Shown: positions 36,830-50,785, counted from the stretch's first letter. The stretch is 64,000 nt of DNA from Tubulanus polymorphus (GCF_964204645.1 NW_027437436.1:115001-179000); one strand, 5' to 3'. Notes: generated by a model not told the origin, from the letters alone. Translations and numbers: made by a program.

Positions 36830-39800
36830 ATTCGGGAAGAACTGGTGCAGTTGGTGTCACAGTCGGAGAAACTACAATGAAAAATAATACACAAAACCAT
36901 TATCCCTTAGTCAAAATGTAATGGATTCAGCTGAGGGCATGTCACAAAGTCAACAGTAATCAGAGGAATCAATTACAGGAATGAACTTAACAGAACTGAA
37001 ATGGAATTATTATTCAAACAATTTTCTAAAAACATCGTGACTTACAAAAGTCGTTATCCTCATCAGTCGGCACAGCTATTGTCAAGTCTTCCACATCATA
37101 CAGAGGCAGCGGCTCATCAACAGGGCTGTCACTAAATTCCTGGTCAGAAGCAGAGTCCAGCAAGCGTTCCTCCTCGGCTAGACGCAACCTAGTGTTAGAC
37201 ACTGGTGCCTCTCCTGTTTGGCTGTAAAGATAATCAATACCTATAGGTTCACCGGTGTAACGCAATGGCCCTTGGAATGCTGGTAAAAGCTTCTTTCCAA
37301 GGACAGTTTGACTTAGCTCATTGATATGATGGCGTAGCTTTCCACTGTAGCAGGAAATCTGTTTGTCTTGAGTTACAGCTGCAATAGCTCGATCCTCATT
37401 CCAACGCGCTAAACCATCAACCAGGTACATCTGGAAACTGACATCGCCAGCCACAGTACCTATAAATATGAAATCATGAAATTAGCTAATTAGTTAGAGA
37501 AAGCTACAAGAGAAGATTTCATATGGTGAAAGTGATTTTTAATCTTACCTGGAATGAATCTGTTTAGATGAAGGTGGAATGATTCCAATGATGTCGAACC
37601 ACGGGCACATCTGTAGATAGGCAGTGTCGTATGTCCTTTCCTGATCGTTCCGGTTTGTGTGTACAACTGAACGCCAGGTGGATCCTGCAGGCAGGCAACA
37701 TGCTTAGCTTGAGACTTATAAATCTCCGCCATGCGCTCAGTGTTAATGAGCGGAACACCCAAGGAGTCTTTCCCTTTGTCACCCGAGAAGGAAGCGACGA
37801 GCTGACCCAGTAGGCGGACAGTAGCATCTGTTCCACGTGTGGTACGTTTACAGTGCCGTGCCAACTCGGCCGAAGAAATTCGCTCAACTAACTGGCGGTC
37901 ACTAAGACCAGTGATAGCTTTCAGGGCTAGCTCCTCACGCTTCGCTCTCTTTAGACGGTCAAGATCCTCAGGGTCCCACTCAAAGATACACCGGCTAAGG
38001 CCTCTCATAAAACTCGCATACAGCCGATGTGAATCTGTAGTACACCCTGTAGAGAACCACCGCATGAAATGCCAAACGTCCAATCTGATGATGATATCCG
38101 TCCAAGGGGCTAGGTTTGTTTTCAGTACGCTGTGGCCACAACAATCCCGATCAGTGTATATCACCTCAGGGGCAGGCACACCAGCAGTATCATACCTTTT
38201 GATTAGGCCATCAATCATTTGACTGAGACCATAGCCTTCGCCAGTAGTAAGGACAGACATAAGGACCTGACCATGCTCGTTCCCTACATTGGTGCACCAC
38301 ATCGCGGTCCCCTTGGCATGACCAGTCAACTTCTTGACTATTTTCTTAGTTGAGTCAATTTTGAGAATTCGACCAAACTGAGACGTAATGGCTGCCCTGA
38401 CCTCGTCCAGTCTCGACAACACATCACTGACGTACACAAGCATGAGCCACCGAAACTGCGGGATGCTCAAAGGCTGTGGTGGGTCAGCGAATTCGTGCGG
38501 TTTTACGAGACCAGAACGGATAGCCTTGGACAAGCCTTCACACTCAGTGAGGTACTGTGAGACACGCTCGAGGTAAGCTTCGCCATGTTGCTCCCGCAGC
38601 CTCTTCTGGATCTGAGTAGTGCTGTTACCCAGACCTCTCTGACGAAGCAGTCGCACAACCTTATAATCGCACGCGTACTTCTGTGTCAGTATACACGGGA
38701 ACTGGAGCTGGTAACCGACGGCTAGTTGCGAGATGATCTCAGCAGTCGTTCCAACATATTTCGCCTTGCATCTATAAATACGAGACAAAAAAAAAAAAAC
38801 ATTCATAAAATCACAACCTGTAATCAGCAGGTCACACTTTAACATGGACACAATCTTACTTCTGACATTCCAAACTTTCTGTTGCGATGAAGTAGTGCGA
38901 ATCGATATCGAGTACCTGCCGCAACCGCTTGTATAATCCTGCTGATGTCAACTCTCTCCCTTGGCACGTTGCGACTGGACATCTAAGTTGGACTTGCCAC
39001 AGTCGTCGAGGCATCCACAAGAACAGGCGGTGGGCAAAGTACTGCTCGACGTTGGGTACCTGGCCTGCAACTACCAATGGCTGTGGAGGATTCCACCAAA
39101 GCTGATTGACGCGGCTAAAATCCATCTCCAGCCTCCCACTCTTGGTTTTCATGAAGAGGGTTTTGGTGATCCACTTCTGTTCATATTCGGACAGAACTTT
39201 ACGCCATTCTGGTAAAAGCAAGCGGTGGTCGTTATCGATCGCGGTTGTCGTAGTCGGTGTAGTAGTAGTAGTAGTAGTCGCGGTCGGTGTAGTCGTAGTC
39301 GCTGTAGTCCGTGTTGTCTGAGAGGCTAGATAGAGAAAAATAGAATATGAATTTACTATCTCATTCATGATTGAGGTTTATAGCATAAGAATTCTAAATC
39401 ATCATAAAGTCCGGTACAATTTCACTGAAACATTAAACAAAAACAGAATGATAGACAAAAGGAACAAAAGAAAACCGCATCACTGTAATGTTACCATCTA
39501 AATACCTATAAATGAGGAATAAGAGTGACTCACTGGAAAAATTAGATTACAAAAGGGAAATCACTGTAAAAAATAAGTTATTAAGCAGGAGAGGATAGAA
39601 GTGTTGCATTTTGCAAGTGACAGAGAGAGACAGAGAGAGTGTGTGTGTTATCATATTCATAATGTCCATTATAGCAACTATATACCAATATCATAAAGAT
39701 GGATTATGTAATAAAGAGACAGTACTGCATACATATAAAGCTTTACCATGATTACCCAGTTTTTATAAAGAAATAGGTACATTAAAATAGATAGGAAGAA

Positions 39801-40850
39801 AATACCATTTTACAATAGCTACACATTTATAAAAGCATATTCTAGGAACCCTACACAACATTAATCTTACCAACTTATCCAGATATAAACTGTAAATTTT
39901 GAGAAATAAATGATTAAATGTTACAATATGGCTGCAATTACTAGGAGTGGATGGCCGAAAGGGAGGACTGCGGTTAACTTGGATGGAATCTTTACAATCC
40001 GTCCAAAACACTGCAAAAATTTGTAGGATGTATATCTCATGATGTATCAATTGAATCTACAATAAAAATATCATTAGAATTAAGATATATTACCAGATAA
40101 CTGCGCTTCAAGAGTGATGACACTTGTCAGTAGATCATCATCATCATCAGACGGCATCGAGACGTTCTCAGTTGTAGTCGATGAGCTGGGTTGACTCCTA
40201 GTTGTCGCAGTTGGTTGGCTCCTGGTTGTAGCAGATGGGCGACTCCTCCTAGTTGTCACAGTTGGTTGGCTCCCGGCTGGTTGAGTCTGACGAGCTTCTG
40301 TGAAAATAAAAAATTTTTCATAAATAGAACAAGCACAAAACAACTCTGATATCAAACGATCCGACTGTATATTGAAAACTTGACTTACTTGAAATCGTAG
40401 GTTTCACACGCTCTTGATGGACAGCTCTCCTCCTCTCAATCGCTTCCTTGGCTTCGGGAAACAGCCTCATGTATTTGAAGAGGGCTTTCTTGTTGTCGGC
40501 ATGGTTCTTGTGGTCTATCTTGGGATGTGGTTTTTGCTTCTCACATTCATCCATGACGTAGAGGTTTACTGCAAAGCCAAGAGCATTAGAGAGTATCCAC
40601 TGAAATTTCTTACCCCTAAACTTACCAAACTGAAGTGTATACTGGCCTAACAAATGTTTCGGGTTTGACTGATCTCCTCCGGCCTGGGCAACCCGGCGCA
40701 TCGCATCCGCCAAAACTTTCTCCGCAGGGTCCTGAGTTGCCCAACCACTAGTGCTTTTATGGTTCTTGGCGGCATCGGTGTCAAACGTGTCGATCGTACG
40801 ATTTTTTAGGCGACGGAAAATTGGTGAAAATTGAGAAACATCAATTAAAC
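36830..40850 (-). CDS. Multi-exon Mutator-superfamily-like DDE transposase (DUF6729-type), 3'-truncated
   Basis: Phase-compatible GT-AG exons: ~40850-40389, 40297-40094, 39325-38860, 38771-37549, 37459-37046, then a short exon with an early stop. Motifs: LQFGKFRGK, LWWNPP..LFLWMP, KIDSTKK (D), YTDRDCC (D), LDVWH (DxxH), RGSTSLESFH (E). Superfamily assignment is inferred from the motifs. Confidence 0.8.
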
Positions 40851-41986
40851 ATCGAACAAATTTTAAGGGTCCAGTTTAACATAATTTCAATTTTCATCTT
40901 ACATATGAAAGTAATTACATCAACTAGGTAATTGAGAAATTAGCAAGCTAGGGCTTTATTGTCATTGGAAATCAAAACATTTGAATTGATAACCACATTG
41001 GCCTATGTTTTGATAACCAAGTCTTTGTGAGCACAATGCCTGTCATAATAAAGGGATATAATAAGCTCCCACTTATATTGACCTTTCACAGAATACACAA
41101 AACAATAATAGAGACAGCCAGTGGCTGTGGTATCATTGTGACTATTGTTTCAAGTTAATTGCAAGTTGTAGGGAGAGATTTCTGGTCAATGGCCTATATG
41201 CATAAGTACAGGGAGGGTCGCATTCACAAATTGAGTTGAAAAAAGATTTAGACAATTGATGATTTTTAATTTATATAATTCAAGGGGGGATGATAGGAAT
41301 TTTAAGGGGAATGCTTAGTCAGAATTTTAGATTTTACCCCTGGCCTGGATTCTAGATTTCTTGATTCATAGCGCATCAAGGAATTTACAGACCCATAGGC
41401 TAATACGCAGTTACGACGCTGGAAATACTGAATGATTCGCTAGGAAGGACCTGTTTCATTTTTGGGCTGATAATCGACCTATTCCACGCACGGGAGTAGG
41501 CCTAAATAAAAAAAGGACTTATAGGGCCTAACAGTAACAGAATTGACAAAATATCACGGAATGGAAAAATGAAACAATCCGTAATGCCTTCTAGTGAAAC
41601 TTCTACTCTCTCGCTCTTCTAGTGTTCACGATTCACATTTTGATGATGAACGATAGGCTTAACCCAAAATAATTGTTATAAATTGAAGTTGATTGAATTT
41701 GCGAGTGAAAACTAAGAAGTTTTTCACCAAAAAATTGGCATAAGCAAGCATTTGCGATAAAAGATTTAATCGGGTATGAAACCTCGGATGTTGGAAGTAC
41801 TGAATTCATACACTTACGTGATAATCGGGTAATTTAATCAGATGATCTGGAACGAATTAGTCTGCTTTCTGTGACTGTAACTGCGCTGTGTGTTTACGAT
41901 CGGAAAATCAAATATGGCGCTCTTCAACGGTATATCCCGAAATTACGTCATCGCTAACAAGCACAGCGATTGGTCAATTTCAGGAA

Positions 41987-42054
41987 ATTTCAGGAAATGA
42001 ATTGTGGATATCCGTGGATTTGATTGGCTGTTTCCACAATTCATTTCCTGAAAT
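41987..42054. other. Perfect 22-bp inverted repeat (hairpin) next to the duplication junction
   Basis: atttcaggaaatgaattgtgga (41987-42008) / tccacaattcatttcctgaaat (42033-42054); the 24-nt loop contains ATTGG. Confidence 0.9.
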
Positions 42055-43115
42055 AAAACACCGCCTCACGCGCGCCCGCTAGCGCCAGAAGCCAATTCGA
42101 ATTCGACTCGGAGTTCGTACCATTATTTTCAGCGTACATTTTTCCTTTGTAACGTATATACGCTGTCTTTCGCCTCCTCAAACAAGACCCGTTCTCGTGG
42201 GTATATTTGATCCAGTTAAGACGGATGTATATTTTTGGCTAATAACTTTTCGTTTAATATGAATATTGTTGTTCCAATTTATTTCTCATTAAATGCGATG
42301 TAATTCACCGCTTAATAAAACGACTGAGTTGAAATTGCCACACCCAACAATACAACTGAGTTGAAGTTGCCACACCTAACGATAAAATGCGCAGTGGGCG
42401 GATCTAGCCCTCAATTTGACCATGTCACAGCTTTTGAAAGGGCATTATTATTTCCATACTGATAGACTTAAAAAGGGTCAACCAGCAAGTGCCATATAGC
42501 CATTAATCATCTTACAAAATTTAAATTCATTATCTTTCTTTTTAGGTAAGTATGTTTACAACGTCAAAATTGATGAATGAGATTCACAAAACATTTTATT
42601 ACTTGTACAAGTAAAATTTGAAATAAGATCAAGCAAAACCAAATATTCTTTCGAGACGAATACGTTAATGTCTTAATTTCTTCATCGTCTCAAGGCGCTG
42701 TTTCAAATTTGAAGGTTTAAAGAGATCGCGTAACTGCGCCAGCTACCTAACTTTATCGGGATCTAACGGTTCCCGCGCGTTTAGAATGTTACCAATAATC
42801 AGGTCATAAATCGGCTCCTTGAAAGTCATATCACCAGACCAGTCGTCTTTCGTTGGACGCGATTGTCATTGAAAAATAAGCGCCTGCCTCCCCCGTCATT
42901 TTTCCAAAAAGTGCTGATGAGAAATAAGGATATTTCTTGTAGCGAGGACAGAATACCATATGCAGTTTTCTATACGTTGGATATATTTTCCTCCTAATTC
43001 TAGTTGCGCAAATGTATTACTCTTAGCCACATTTTTTATTATTTTAAGTTACAATACCTTCATTTCTTTGGTTAAATGTAGTGCATGATGAGCGTAGTCG
43101 TTTTATAGTTGACGA

Positions 43116-45998
43116 TATAACACCGTAGATATTTAACTTAATTTAGTCTAAATTAACAGAGCATTTTTTAGGTCTAGTTATGAATTCTATTTTTTATTTT
43201 ACAAATATTGTCTTATTTTCATTGATGTTACTAAGGGGGCTGGATGGCAATCAGTTTTGGAGTGTCGGACTGTTTTTTTGTTTTAGAAATGTACTTGAAG
43301 TGTCAGTCAGTTTGTATTGTTTTGATAACTGCCTTCTGGTCTCTGCCACCCTTGATGTCTTATGTAATGGCATCCGGTTCAAAATTTGTTGAAAGAAATC
43401 AGAGATTCGAGTTGTAGCTTTTGAGCGGGTTGGATGTCCAGGCTAGTCCCTCCGATATATCCAAGAAAATAAAGTGAAATTTAAGTTAAGTTTGAGTTTG
43501 AAGTTTTAAGAACGCTTTCTCGTCGTTGCTTCCTGATCGTCGACTTAAGGATTTTTAACGTAGTTACCCTGTGCTTGCAAGGCGAAAATCTCAGGGTGCT
43601 ACAACTGTTGGTTGAACCCGGGCACGATAAAGATAAACCTAGGCTAAACCTCGAGCTAAAGTGAGTGCTGAACTATCTGTCGCTAAGTTCCCGAGCTTCA
43701 AGATGACAATACGTTGGAATTCACATCCGGAATGGAGGCAAAAAGGACATCGAACTGATGCGCACTGTTACGGTAAATCAATCAAAATTGTGTGTAATCT
43801 TTGTTCTAGAATCGGACATTACGCTAGATTTTGTCCAGTTCAATTCTCAAAATTTCCCATAAGAGAAACAAGATTTATTCGTCGGAAATCCGAAAAACAA
43901 CGAAATCGGGACAAAATACGTATGGACAATTACAATCGTTGGAAAGAATCGCGTTTTGAAGTCAGCCAGTTAGAACAGAAAATTCATAGCTTGGAAAATC
44001 AGCTTCGTGTCACGAATGAAAAACTGAAATCTGTTGAATATCGAAATTCGGAACTATCGTGTCAGATATCATCAACAAATCGTGATCAACCGTCAGACTT
44101 TTGGCATGATGCGCTTGAGGATCCATGGCTCCGAGACGTAAGCGTTCAAACTCAACTCGAATTTTCGGATAAAGATATTTGCGTTCAATGCGATTTATTG
44201 CCATTTGAAAAGACTTTATGTGATGCCAGTTCTCAGTGCACCATTGAAAATACCGTTTTAAACGTTGCGCCGTGGTTAGAAACTTCAAATTCGCAAACAG
44301 CCAAAAAGGAAAATTTTATTCGAAATATGATCACAGAAAATAACCGGCTAAAATTCGAAAACCAAGAGCTCGAAAAGAAATACACTGGAATGTGCGTTCG
44401 TATTCCTGCGCTCGAACAACAAGTTTATCGCTCGATGCAGATCATGAGCAGTTTAAATCTCTGTCCCAACAGTACAGATTCTGGGACAGCGCGCCTACCG
44501 TCTGAAAGCGTCAGAAAATCGAAGAAAAGACGCTCAAAACGGCTATAGAAAATAAATGTATTTCGTGGAGTTCTTGTGTTTTGCTCACGTCCGCTAGCAA
44601 AATGAAGAAATTATTTAGTACATAGTTGAATTTATTTGCCAATATCATATGTATGAAAACTAACTATTAATTGCTCAGTACACGTCTACGAGCATGATTA
44701 ATGTTAATTGAGATCGATTGGAAAAAGAATGACAATGTAAGATTAGACTAGCTGTATGTCACAGCAGATAAAAAGAGAATTATATGAATATTAAAATATG
44801 TGGGATTGATAGGAAGTTAAATTTAATGATATGAATATATACACAAGAGTTGCGGTAAAAATAAAAGTATATACGTAATGATCGAAATAAAAGGATTATT
44901 CAGTATACCTGCTGATTCCCTTTCTGCATCACATAAGAAGAGAAGAATGATTTATTTTAAAACCTAGGATAGACTATGTGTCATTTATGTAATTTCATTG
45001 TTTTTGTATTGTCACGTAATTGATCTGAACGTTTTGTGTCTTCTTTAAGTATTTGTATTCGTAGATATTCCATTTTAGCATAATGTAACCATATTAGCAT
45101 ATATATATCATTCATCAATGGTGGTGGGTTTAGTACATTTCACCTACAAAAAAAACCTTTTTAATAACTTACAGTCATTCCGTGCTACAGGGACGACCGG
45201 TAACCCTACCCTTTTAAAATGATTGTATTGTTAATTTTTAAGGAATAATCTAGAAAGCAAAATCATATATATCATATTATGAAATACATTTTACTGCTTC
45301 TACCATAGTTAATTTCCTCAAACAACGTAAATGTGTTCATTCTATTCTAATTGTAACTCAAATAAGTTAAATTGCAAACACAGAGCATTTTATACATATT
45401 CTATTAATCATCAGTTTATAATGATATACCAATAAGAATGTATTTTCACATAATGCACTCAACTTTTGCATTACATGCAAAAGTTGAAGGAGAAGCAATG
45501 GGAGAATATAACACCGTAGATATTTAACTAAATTTAGTCTAAATTAACAGAGCATTTTTTAGGTCTAGTTATGAATTCTATTTCTTATTTTACAAATATT
45601 GTCTTATTTTCATTGATGTTACTAAGGGGGCAGGATGGCAATCAGTTTTGGAGTGTCGGACTGTTTGTTTGTTTGTTTTAGAAATGTACTCGAAGTGTCA
45701 GTCAGTTTGTATTGTTTTGATAACTGCCTTCTGGTTTCTGCCACCCTTGATGTCTTATGTAATAGCATCCGGTTCAAAATTTGTTGAAAGAAATCAGAGA
45801 TTCGAGTTGTAGCTTTTGAGCGGGTTGGATGTCCAGCCTAGTCCCTCCGATATATCCAAGAAAATAAAGTGAAATTTAAGTTAAGTTTGAGTTTGAAGTT
45901 TTAAGAACGCTTTCTCGTCGTTGCTTCCTGATCGTCGACTTAAGGATTTTTTACGTAGTTACCCTGGGCTTGCAAGGCGAAAATCTCAGGGTGCTACA
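43116..45998 (+). mobile_element. Non-autonomous LTR element, copy 2 (LTRs 43116-43603 and 45507-45998)
   Basis: Same insertion site and ACGA TSD as copy 1, so it was duplicated passively. Confidence 0.93.
43703..44548 (+). CDS. 281-aa zinc-knuckle/coiled-coil protein, copy 2
   Basis: Differs from copy 1 by two residues (FPRR>FPIR, MEN>MDN). Confidence 0.8.
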   Translation: MTIRWNSHPEWRQKGHRTDAHCYGKSIKIVCNLCSRIGHYARFCPVQFSKFPIRETRFIRRKSEKQRNRDKIRMDNYNRWKESRFEVSQLEQKIHSLENQLRVTNEKLKSVEYRNSELSCQISSTNRDQPSDFWHDALEDPWLRDVSVQTQLEFSDKDICVQCDLLPFEKTLCDASSQCTIENTVLNVAPWLETSNSQTAKKENFIRNMITENNRLKFENQELEKKYTGMCVRIPALEQQVYRSMQIMSSLNLCPNSTDSGTARLPSESVRKSKKRRSKRL

Positions 45999-48900
45999 AC
46001 GATATTACAACGCGCATAACGTAGATTTTATGAATAGGAATCGTTTCCATCTAACGTAATTCAAAAATCGTTATCGAATGAACGATGAAAATTGTTCCTG
46101 CGAACTCAACAAATGAGTCCAAGTTTGTCTAGAGAAAACGTATAATTTGATGATCATGAAGGCTTAAAAGAACCGAGATGGTTAATTGAACCAATGGGGT
46201 ATCGGCACAAACCAGATGGCGCTGCAATACACTCAGACTAATTATTTTAATGATCAAATTCAAAATGACCCTAGGTGATGTTTCTATAAACTATTCAAAC
46301 CCAGTTTTATGTTACAAAAGTACTTTCATTTACCTCTTAATCTCGCAATTAACTTGTGTAAATTTAGAACCTCCAATCTTACTACTACTGCTACTAGAAA
46401 CCGTATTTTCAACCTTCCTGTGAACGGTGGTGACAAGTGCCCTCTGTGTTGTAAAGGAAGGCTCATTTCTAATGAGTCACACTATATCATTCATTGTCCG
46501 TCCCTCGTATTTGAAAGACAATTTTTTGCTGAAGTCCCGAATGATTGTAATTTTAACAATATCCTGATTGATCTTTTGCCCAATCACCTAAAGATCTTGC
46601 AGTTTATTTGCAAGAAACTTAGAAAAAAATTGAATCTGTCTACTGAATGACTGCTCTCATTTGTATTTTTCTAAAGTGTTATATTTGAATGTATATCTCT
46701 ATGCATGGATAGTTCTAATTAGTTGCTATGCTATTTTCTGTTTGTTCATTTAGACAAGTATATTGTGTTATTGAATTTGTAATTTTTTATTCCGTGTTAT
46801 ACATCTGTAAATCTTGTGCTGTCCCTCTAATACCTGTAATGGGTTTGAGTGTAAATAAAATTGAAAATTGAATTGAATTACGTAGTGAAAATTAGTTCAT
46901 TTTCGATGAATTTTGAACTGGAATTTTAGGCTCTCATATGGAATTGTTGTCAAATAATTCATCAAATAGATATAAGATGGACGTTACCAATAAATGTATG
47001 GTATAGTCTCATTAGAAATTGATGGGAAAAGTTGAGTCGAGTTGAATTAAAGAAAAGTAGAAAAAATTGAAGCGCGGTAACCGAGTCGAACCTGGTGGAT
47101 CCTCGCCTGCCGCACTTGGAATTCTCGATTGCCTCAGAGCCCATTGATGCAAACATGAGCATACGAATATTTATCACCACAATTTCCTAGTTCAAAATCC
47201 TCTTCATAACGTTTGTAACAAACGGCTGGACAACACGCATTTCTTCGATTTCAGCAACGAGTCTGACCATCCAGCTTATTTGACCAATGAATCTCCTCAA
47301 TGAATTAAACCAGCTGCAGGTAGGACCCCACTTTCGTTCACTCTGAAACCGTAGACGGCGTTTTTTTCCTGTATGGTGACCCTGATATCCTTGCATCTCA
47401 TTTAAACCACCAAATCATTTCAAAAGTGGGTCAAAAAGTTTAGTTCAAAGTTCAAAAATTTACTGCTGAAAATTATGAACGTTGCAACAAAAATTAGAAT
47501 ACACTGCAGACTGAACCAAGTACCATCATTTTCGTTTTCTATTCGGTATTTGCCTAGTTATTGACGAATTTACCCGTCAAATTATCTATTCATAATTATA
47601 TTTCTATTTTTCTAAATCACGCCCATAATGCTGATTACATCGCGATTATTATATATAACCGTATATTCTGTAAACTTTTGATCATTTTCTCGGTATATGG
47701 AGGAAAATAGGATACGGACGTATTTGGAATTAATTACAGTAATAGAAGATGACAAATTTCAAAAAAATTAACAAACATAATTTAAAACATCATTGTTTAC
47801 AATTGTCCATACTTCTGTACGGATCTATACGTCAAGGCCTATTTTGATTAATTCAGCCAGCTTTCAAGTTGGATTCTTTTATACATCTAAGTTCCTTAAG
47901 GTAAAAACATGTAAGTAGTTTTCATGGGATACTGTAAGTTACAATCACGAAATAAATGCATTACGTCGTATTATGACATGTATTGATAAAACGCCATCAA
48001 GCTGATTAATATGGTTTTCAAATTTGATATAATTTTTATATTGCCTGAAATTAATGTACAGTAGAACTCGCTCACCTCGGATCACGGGGGACCGTAAAAT
48101 CTTTTCCGAGGTAGGCGAATTCCGAGGCAGGAGCAGAAATAGAAATGAATATTTTCAAAGACATAATAAGCTCCGATGTTTTAAGACATATCAAAACAAA
48201 TGACCAATGAAAACTTCCCATTGTTTGTCTTTTCTTGACGTTAATAAGAATTCCTGGGGGAATTTCAGAGGGATTAAGTAAAGTTTAATCCAGCCAAGTT
48301 GCTTTTAAACGTACGTGATTTGATTTCCTGGCTATACATACTTTCTATTTCTCCAATAGATGGCGGCATTTGTCACGATAATTATTTAGGAACTCATTTT
48401 AGATTACCGGTAACACACTTGCGAATGCGATAAAATGTCACAAATAATAGACTTTTAATTTGAGATGTTTTACATTTTCAAGCTACATGTATAGTTCAAA
48501 TTGTTTCAATTGTTTGAGTTCAAGTAGCTGAGGTCTGCTTAGTGACATTGTACACAGGTGAATGCGTGTATTTGATCACAAGTTATTACATCTTGACAGT
48601 GGTCGGCCGAAATGGTCGACACATTCTAAACGATTTAGAAAGCGGTACGGATTTGATCAGCATTATTTCCTTATTTCCAGCACTATATTGTTACAAGCAC
48701 CAACGTTTTCAGTCCTTGCAAATGGGTTTTTCAAATTAAAGCAGCAAAATCAGAGTAATCGCACTAGGCTAACGTCTATAGATAGGGGCCTAGTGGAAGG
48801 TAGAATTTACATGTCTATTGACAAGTTGACGGCGGGCTCTCTTTCTCAACGTTAAAGAGCAGCCACCATATGAGCTGTCAGCTAGATGCATAGCTTACAC

Positions 48901-49543
48901 AAATGATCCAACACGACCCAGTGAATATACGAAACAGGCAGCTCATTCACACTGTTCCAGGGCCATGAACCCACTTTTCTAACACTTGATCGTTCCTACA
49001 TAGCCTGCTGTTAACTCGTCAGATACAACGGTGTAAATAACCATCATCGTATATCTGGATTGCGTTAAAGTTATATTTTGAAATCTTTCAACAGTCCATG
49101 TGGGCTGGCTGTTAACCTTCAAGTTATACAATGTATCCTTAGCTTCCTTGGATTTTCTATTTTGTAATCATCATTATCTTTATATGTTTTACGTGCCTAG
49201 TGAAGGTCTCCGTTGTAGTGGCAGAAATGGTGAAATTGTGATCGTATGTATAATTCCCAATTTCAACCAGGAAAGTGCTCAGAATGCGCCTAAAATGGAT
49301 CTCATTTTTCAAAATCAAACCCCAACTTATAACTCGTACCTACAGCCCTGCATTCTTTTTTTTCGTAAACTTACGGATCTATACGCATAATAAAATTACT
49401 AGACGAGCATGATCTAATGAGTCGATTTCAAATCGAATCATGTTTCCATAAGCATCTGTTCCAAGATTTCTCACTAGCGACACTTGGTCGATCCTCACTT
49501 GCCACAAGCTGGTTCATCTAATGCCGCAGTGTCGATGCCCCTA

Positions 49544-50785
49544 CTACACACTAGTGACACCTGCTAGATCCTCAATTACGGAAGTCTCGAACGTGAGAAC
49601 TTCGCCTGACTGAATAACGGGTTCACGGGGGATATCTTCACCTGGACGAACATAGATTTCCCTGGCATGATCTTTAGCTGACCGAATAGCGGGTTTTGTG
49701 GATAGATTTTCGCCTAACTGAGGGTTGGCGGATTCCCGGGGTAGATCTTCACCCGTGCTAACAGCGGGTACCTGGGTTAGATCCTCAACTGACCGATTAA
49801 CGGATTCACGAGCACCACATTTTTGCTTACAACACGTATTGAAAATGCACAATGACGACTTTAAAACGTCTTTTACATCGTTGTTTAACCTTCCACTCGT
49901 GGCGCTCAAGAAATACATGTTCAACGCATTATTCAGCGACGTAAAATGAGAAAGAATGTTGTAGATGAGTTGATATTTAGCGTCCAAGTAAAACTCCGGT
50001 TTGATTTTTACGAATATCGTCGCTACCGAACTCGTTATCACGTAAATCGTGCTTATGGTTACGATACTTAGAGTTATCGGTTCGGATATCATTTTCCTCG
50101 CGGAGGAGGAGTGCGCCGGGTTGACAGCTGACCTACGGTGGCGCAGCACCGCGTGCAAAATCACCGTATTGCAAACGATGATGATAGTGGAGGGGAAAGC
50201 GAAATACATCAACATATCCATGAGTACATACAATTCGTAATGCGGCCTGAAAAACGGCAGCGGCTGGCAAATTCCATCTACGACGTCTAAGCCGTAGATC
50301 AATTGGGAATAGAACAGCGATAAGGTAGCGATTTGAACCGCGATAGTCGCATGCCAGAATTTCTTTCGTCTACGCTCTACCGAAATACTCGGGTTATATC
50401 GCGCCCGAGCAGCGATCAGCGCCCGTTCAACGCACAGGTCGCACATGATCCAAGTCGAAATGGTCGTCAGTACGCCTCGACTAAAATATACGGTACGGCA
50501 GAATAGCGCGCTGCGGTTCTGTAAGTTATGCACCGTCGAGTCGGCTAAATTCAGCGGCAAAAACGAAAAAAGCAAACACATCTGATCGCCGATGCACAGC
50601 AGCAGCCACATCGAATAAACGGTGAATTTTCGGTACGTTTTAGACATCAATACAACGATAGCGATTACGTTTCCGAAAGAACCGATCGGGAGAATCGTGC
50701 ACAGCCCGATAATTGCGGATATACGTTGCGCCAGAATCAAATTTGGATTGGACTCGGAGTTCGTACCATTATTTTCCGCGTACAT
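49544..50785 (-). CDS. Class A GPCR, 413 aa, copy 2 (protein identical to copy 1)
   Basis: Translation identical to 31746-32987. Confidence 0.93.
   Translation of the reverse strand: MYAENNGTNSESNPNLILAQRISAIIGLCTILPIGSFGNVIAIVVLMSKTYRKFTVYSMWLLLCIGDQMCLLFSFLPLNLADSTVHNLQNRSALFCRTVYFSRGVLTTISTWIMCDLCVERALIAARARYNPSISVERRRKKFWHATIAVQIATLSLFYSQLIYGLDVVDGICQPLPFFRPHYELYVLMDMLMYFAFPSTIIIVCNTVILHAVLRHRRSAVNPAHSSSARKMISEPITLSIVTISTIYVITSSVATIFVKIKPEFYLDAKYQLIYNILSHFTSLNNALNMYFLSATSGRLNNDVKDVLKSSLCIFNTCCKQKCGARESVNRSVEDLTQVPAVSTGEDLPRESANPQLGENLSTKPAIRSAKDHAREIYVRPGEDIPREPVIQSGEVLTFETSVIEDLAGVTSV

Noticed and set aside
37564-39321. Several antisense or alternate-frame ORFs over the transposase (likewise over the GPCRs and hAT)
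   Set aside because: Shadow ORFs of real coding sequence.
42055-42082. CTAG after a hairpin as a Helitron 3' end, or TAG...CTA (35016/42081) as Academ-type termini
   Set aside because: The hairpin is AT-rich and too distant, the next base is not T, and the two putative ends share no inverted repeat beyond 3 bp.
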